From Felis catus (Eukaryota), in NCBI RefSeq assembly GCF_018350175.1, contig NC_058382.1, positions 52,330,001 through 52,394,000 on the forward strand: a stretch of DNA of 64,000 nt, written 5' to 3'. The first letter of the stretch is position 1, and every line of letters begins with the position of its first letter. The notes under the pieces are model-generated. The model saw only the letters and a program-made list of their open reading frames with translations. It was not told the origin of the DNA and did no database searches. Of this stretch, positions 62,660-64,000 are shown piece after piece. The translations under genes and the position numbers were made by a program.

Positions 62660-62790
62660 TTCATTCATTTAAGAGGTATTTACTGAATGCCCACTATGTA
62701 CCAGGCTCTGTGTCAGACCCTAGGGGGACAGTGGCCGGCTGCAGCTGGCAAGCCCCCACCCTGGCAGGAGTGCTTTGCAGAGAAGTGGAT
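62660..62790 (-). mobile_element. L2 3' end fragment
   Basis: ttcattcattt...tatttactgaatgcccactatgtaccaggctctgtg. Confidence 0.75.
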
Positions 62791-63169
62791 ACGGATCCCC
62801 ACTGGCCAGGAAGAAGGATTCTGGTCAGAAGATGAGTGTGTCCCTACCTTCAGAGAGATGTGTCCCTTGCCCGAGTCCAGCAAGGCTTTGGCTTCAAGAC
62901 AGGACTTCCCTCAATAGGGCGGCGGTGACGGACTGCGTCCCCGGTGTGGCTGCTTTCAGTGGACACGTTCGCGCTGCTCTGTGGCCTGTGAGTCCTACCT
63001 GGCCGTTCCCGAATGTGGGAAGAGGTCGCTGCACCGAGCAGGCATCAGCTGACAATGCTATCCCTGTCTGCTGTGCTGGGTTTCAAACCACTCAGCAAAC
63101 TGGTTAAATCCAAGTTTTGCTTAGTCGTCTTTCCAGTTAAATCTCATCAGTTAGATCATACGTAGGGTT

Positions 63170-63560
63170 GTTGTGTCTGATGTGAGACTGCTCAGCTCTC
63201 CTTACTAGCTGTGTGGCTCTTATGCCTCCATTGTCTCACCCATATAATGGGGATCACAGTATAACGGACCTCATCAAATTGTAAGGATTAAAAGTTTTTT
63301 TTGTTTTAATGCTTATTTAGTTTTGAGAGAGAGAGAGAGAGAGAGCACGAACAGAGGAGAGGCAGAGAGAGGGAGACGCAGAACCCGAAGCAGGTTCCAG
63401 TCTCTGAGCTGTCAGCGCAGAGCCCGTTGTGGGGCTCGAACTCACGAACCTCAAGATCACGACCTGAGCCGCAGTCGGACGCTTAACCGACTGAGCCACC
63501 CAGGCGCCCCAGGGTGAAAAGTTTTAAGCGTTAAAGTGCTTCTGTAAACGTAGGGTAAAG
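63170..63560 (+). mobile_element. MIR SINE interrupted by a Can-SINE
   Basis: ctcagctctccttactagctgtgtggc...taatggggatcacagta...gtaaggattaaa [SINE] taaagtgctt. Confidence 0.7.
63299..63510 (-). mobile_element. Can-SINE with TSD
   Basis: TSD AGG(ATT/GTG)AAAAGTTTT at 63284-63298 and 63511-63525. Confidence 0.95.
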
Positions 63561-63679
63561 CGAGGGCCACGTGGCTCTTCTCTTGCTCGTTCTTATTTTT
63601 AGCAGTAAGTGCCTTGTTGTGTGAATATTCAACCTTAGGATGCTCGTTTTTATCATTTTTTTGCCTTTACGCCACCCTC

Positions 63680-64000
63680 TGTGTCTCCCCCTCCCCGCAC
63701 CCAACCCCTCTACTAACTAAGGTAAAACACACTAGCAATTTCATAAGTGCCTTCCGAAAGATTTTTTACCCTCGTATTTTATGTGTCTCCTACATATGGG
63801 TGTACACGCACATATACATCCAGATACGTATTTGGGGCTTTTGAGAGGTCGCCTTTCTGGTAGTTTTGCTTGATTGCACACACACTCCTTCTTTGCATGC
63901 TGTTCTGTATCTTTCTTTTCTCGTCCGACTATAGCACGATACTCCATGATGCAGACATACCATGATTCATGCACTTCTTCTGCATACTGAATGTGTTAAA
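63680..64000 (-). mobile_element. Ancient L1 (L1ME-like) fragment running off the window end
   Basis: aggtaaaacacact...ctatagcacgatactccatgatgcagacataccatgattcat. Confidence 0.5.

Noticed and set aside
1..64000. Host gene identity and prokaryote-type systems (CRISPR, operons)
   Set aside because: No recognisable coding exon allows a gene name, and there is no spacer-repeat array or gene cluster; the sequence is mammalian non-coding DNA

Overview
Mammalian genomic DNA from a felid (cat or close relative), judged from the SINEC_Fc-type Can-SINEs. I find no protein-coding exon, RNA gene or processed pseudogene that I can support. The ORF-track entries are SINE, microsatellite or GC-rich by-products. 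The window reads as part of a very large intron of a gene probably transcribed on the + strand (13 of 16 Can-SINEs and most L1 fragments lie on the - strand); I cannot name the gene. Contents: 16 Can-SINEs (many with target-site duplications, TSDs), MIR/L2/L1M relics, an MLT1 LTR, hAT DNA-transposon relics (MER3, MER20, MER58B, MER63, MER96B-like, MER5), microsatellites, two CpG-rich regions (about 12.1-12.4 kb and 32.5-34.45 kb), and several repeat-free, homeobox-motif-rich blocks that look like conserved enhancers. Best leads: a candidate internal promoter/first exon at 12.1-12.3 kb, a candidate short exon at 23951-23987, a CTCF site with an upstream module at about 50.03 kb, a perfect DR1 inside a hairpin beside a second palindrome (39.9-40.07 kb), a nested inverted SINE pair, a body-deleted SINE and a TSD-flanked tail-only insertion. 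I see no convincing new multi-gene system. Repeat family names come from recalled consensus sequences and need RepeatMasker/Dfam confirmation; conservation cannot be seen from one sequence.
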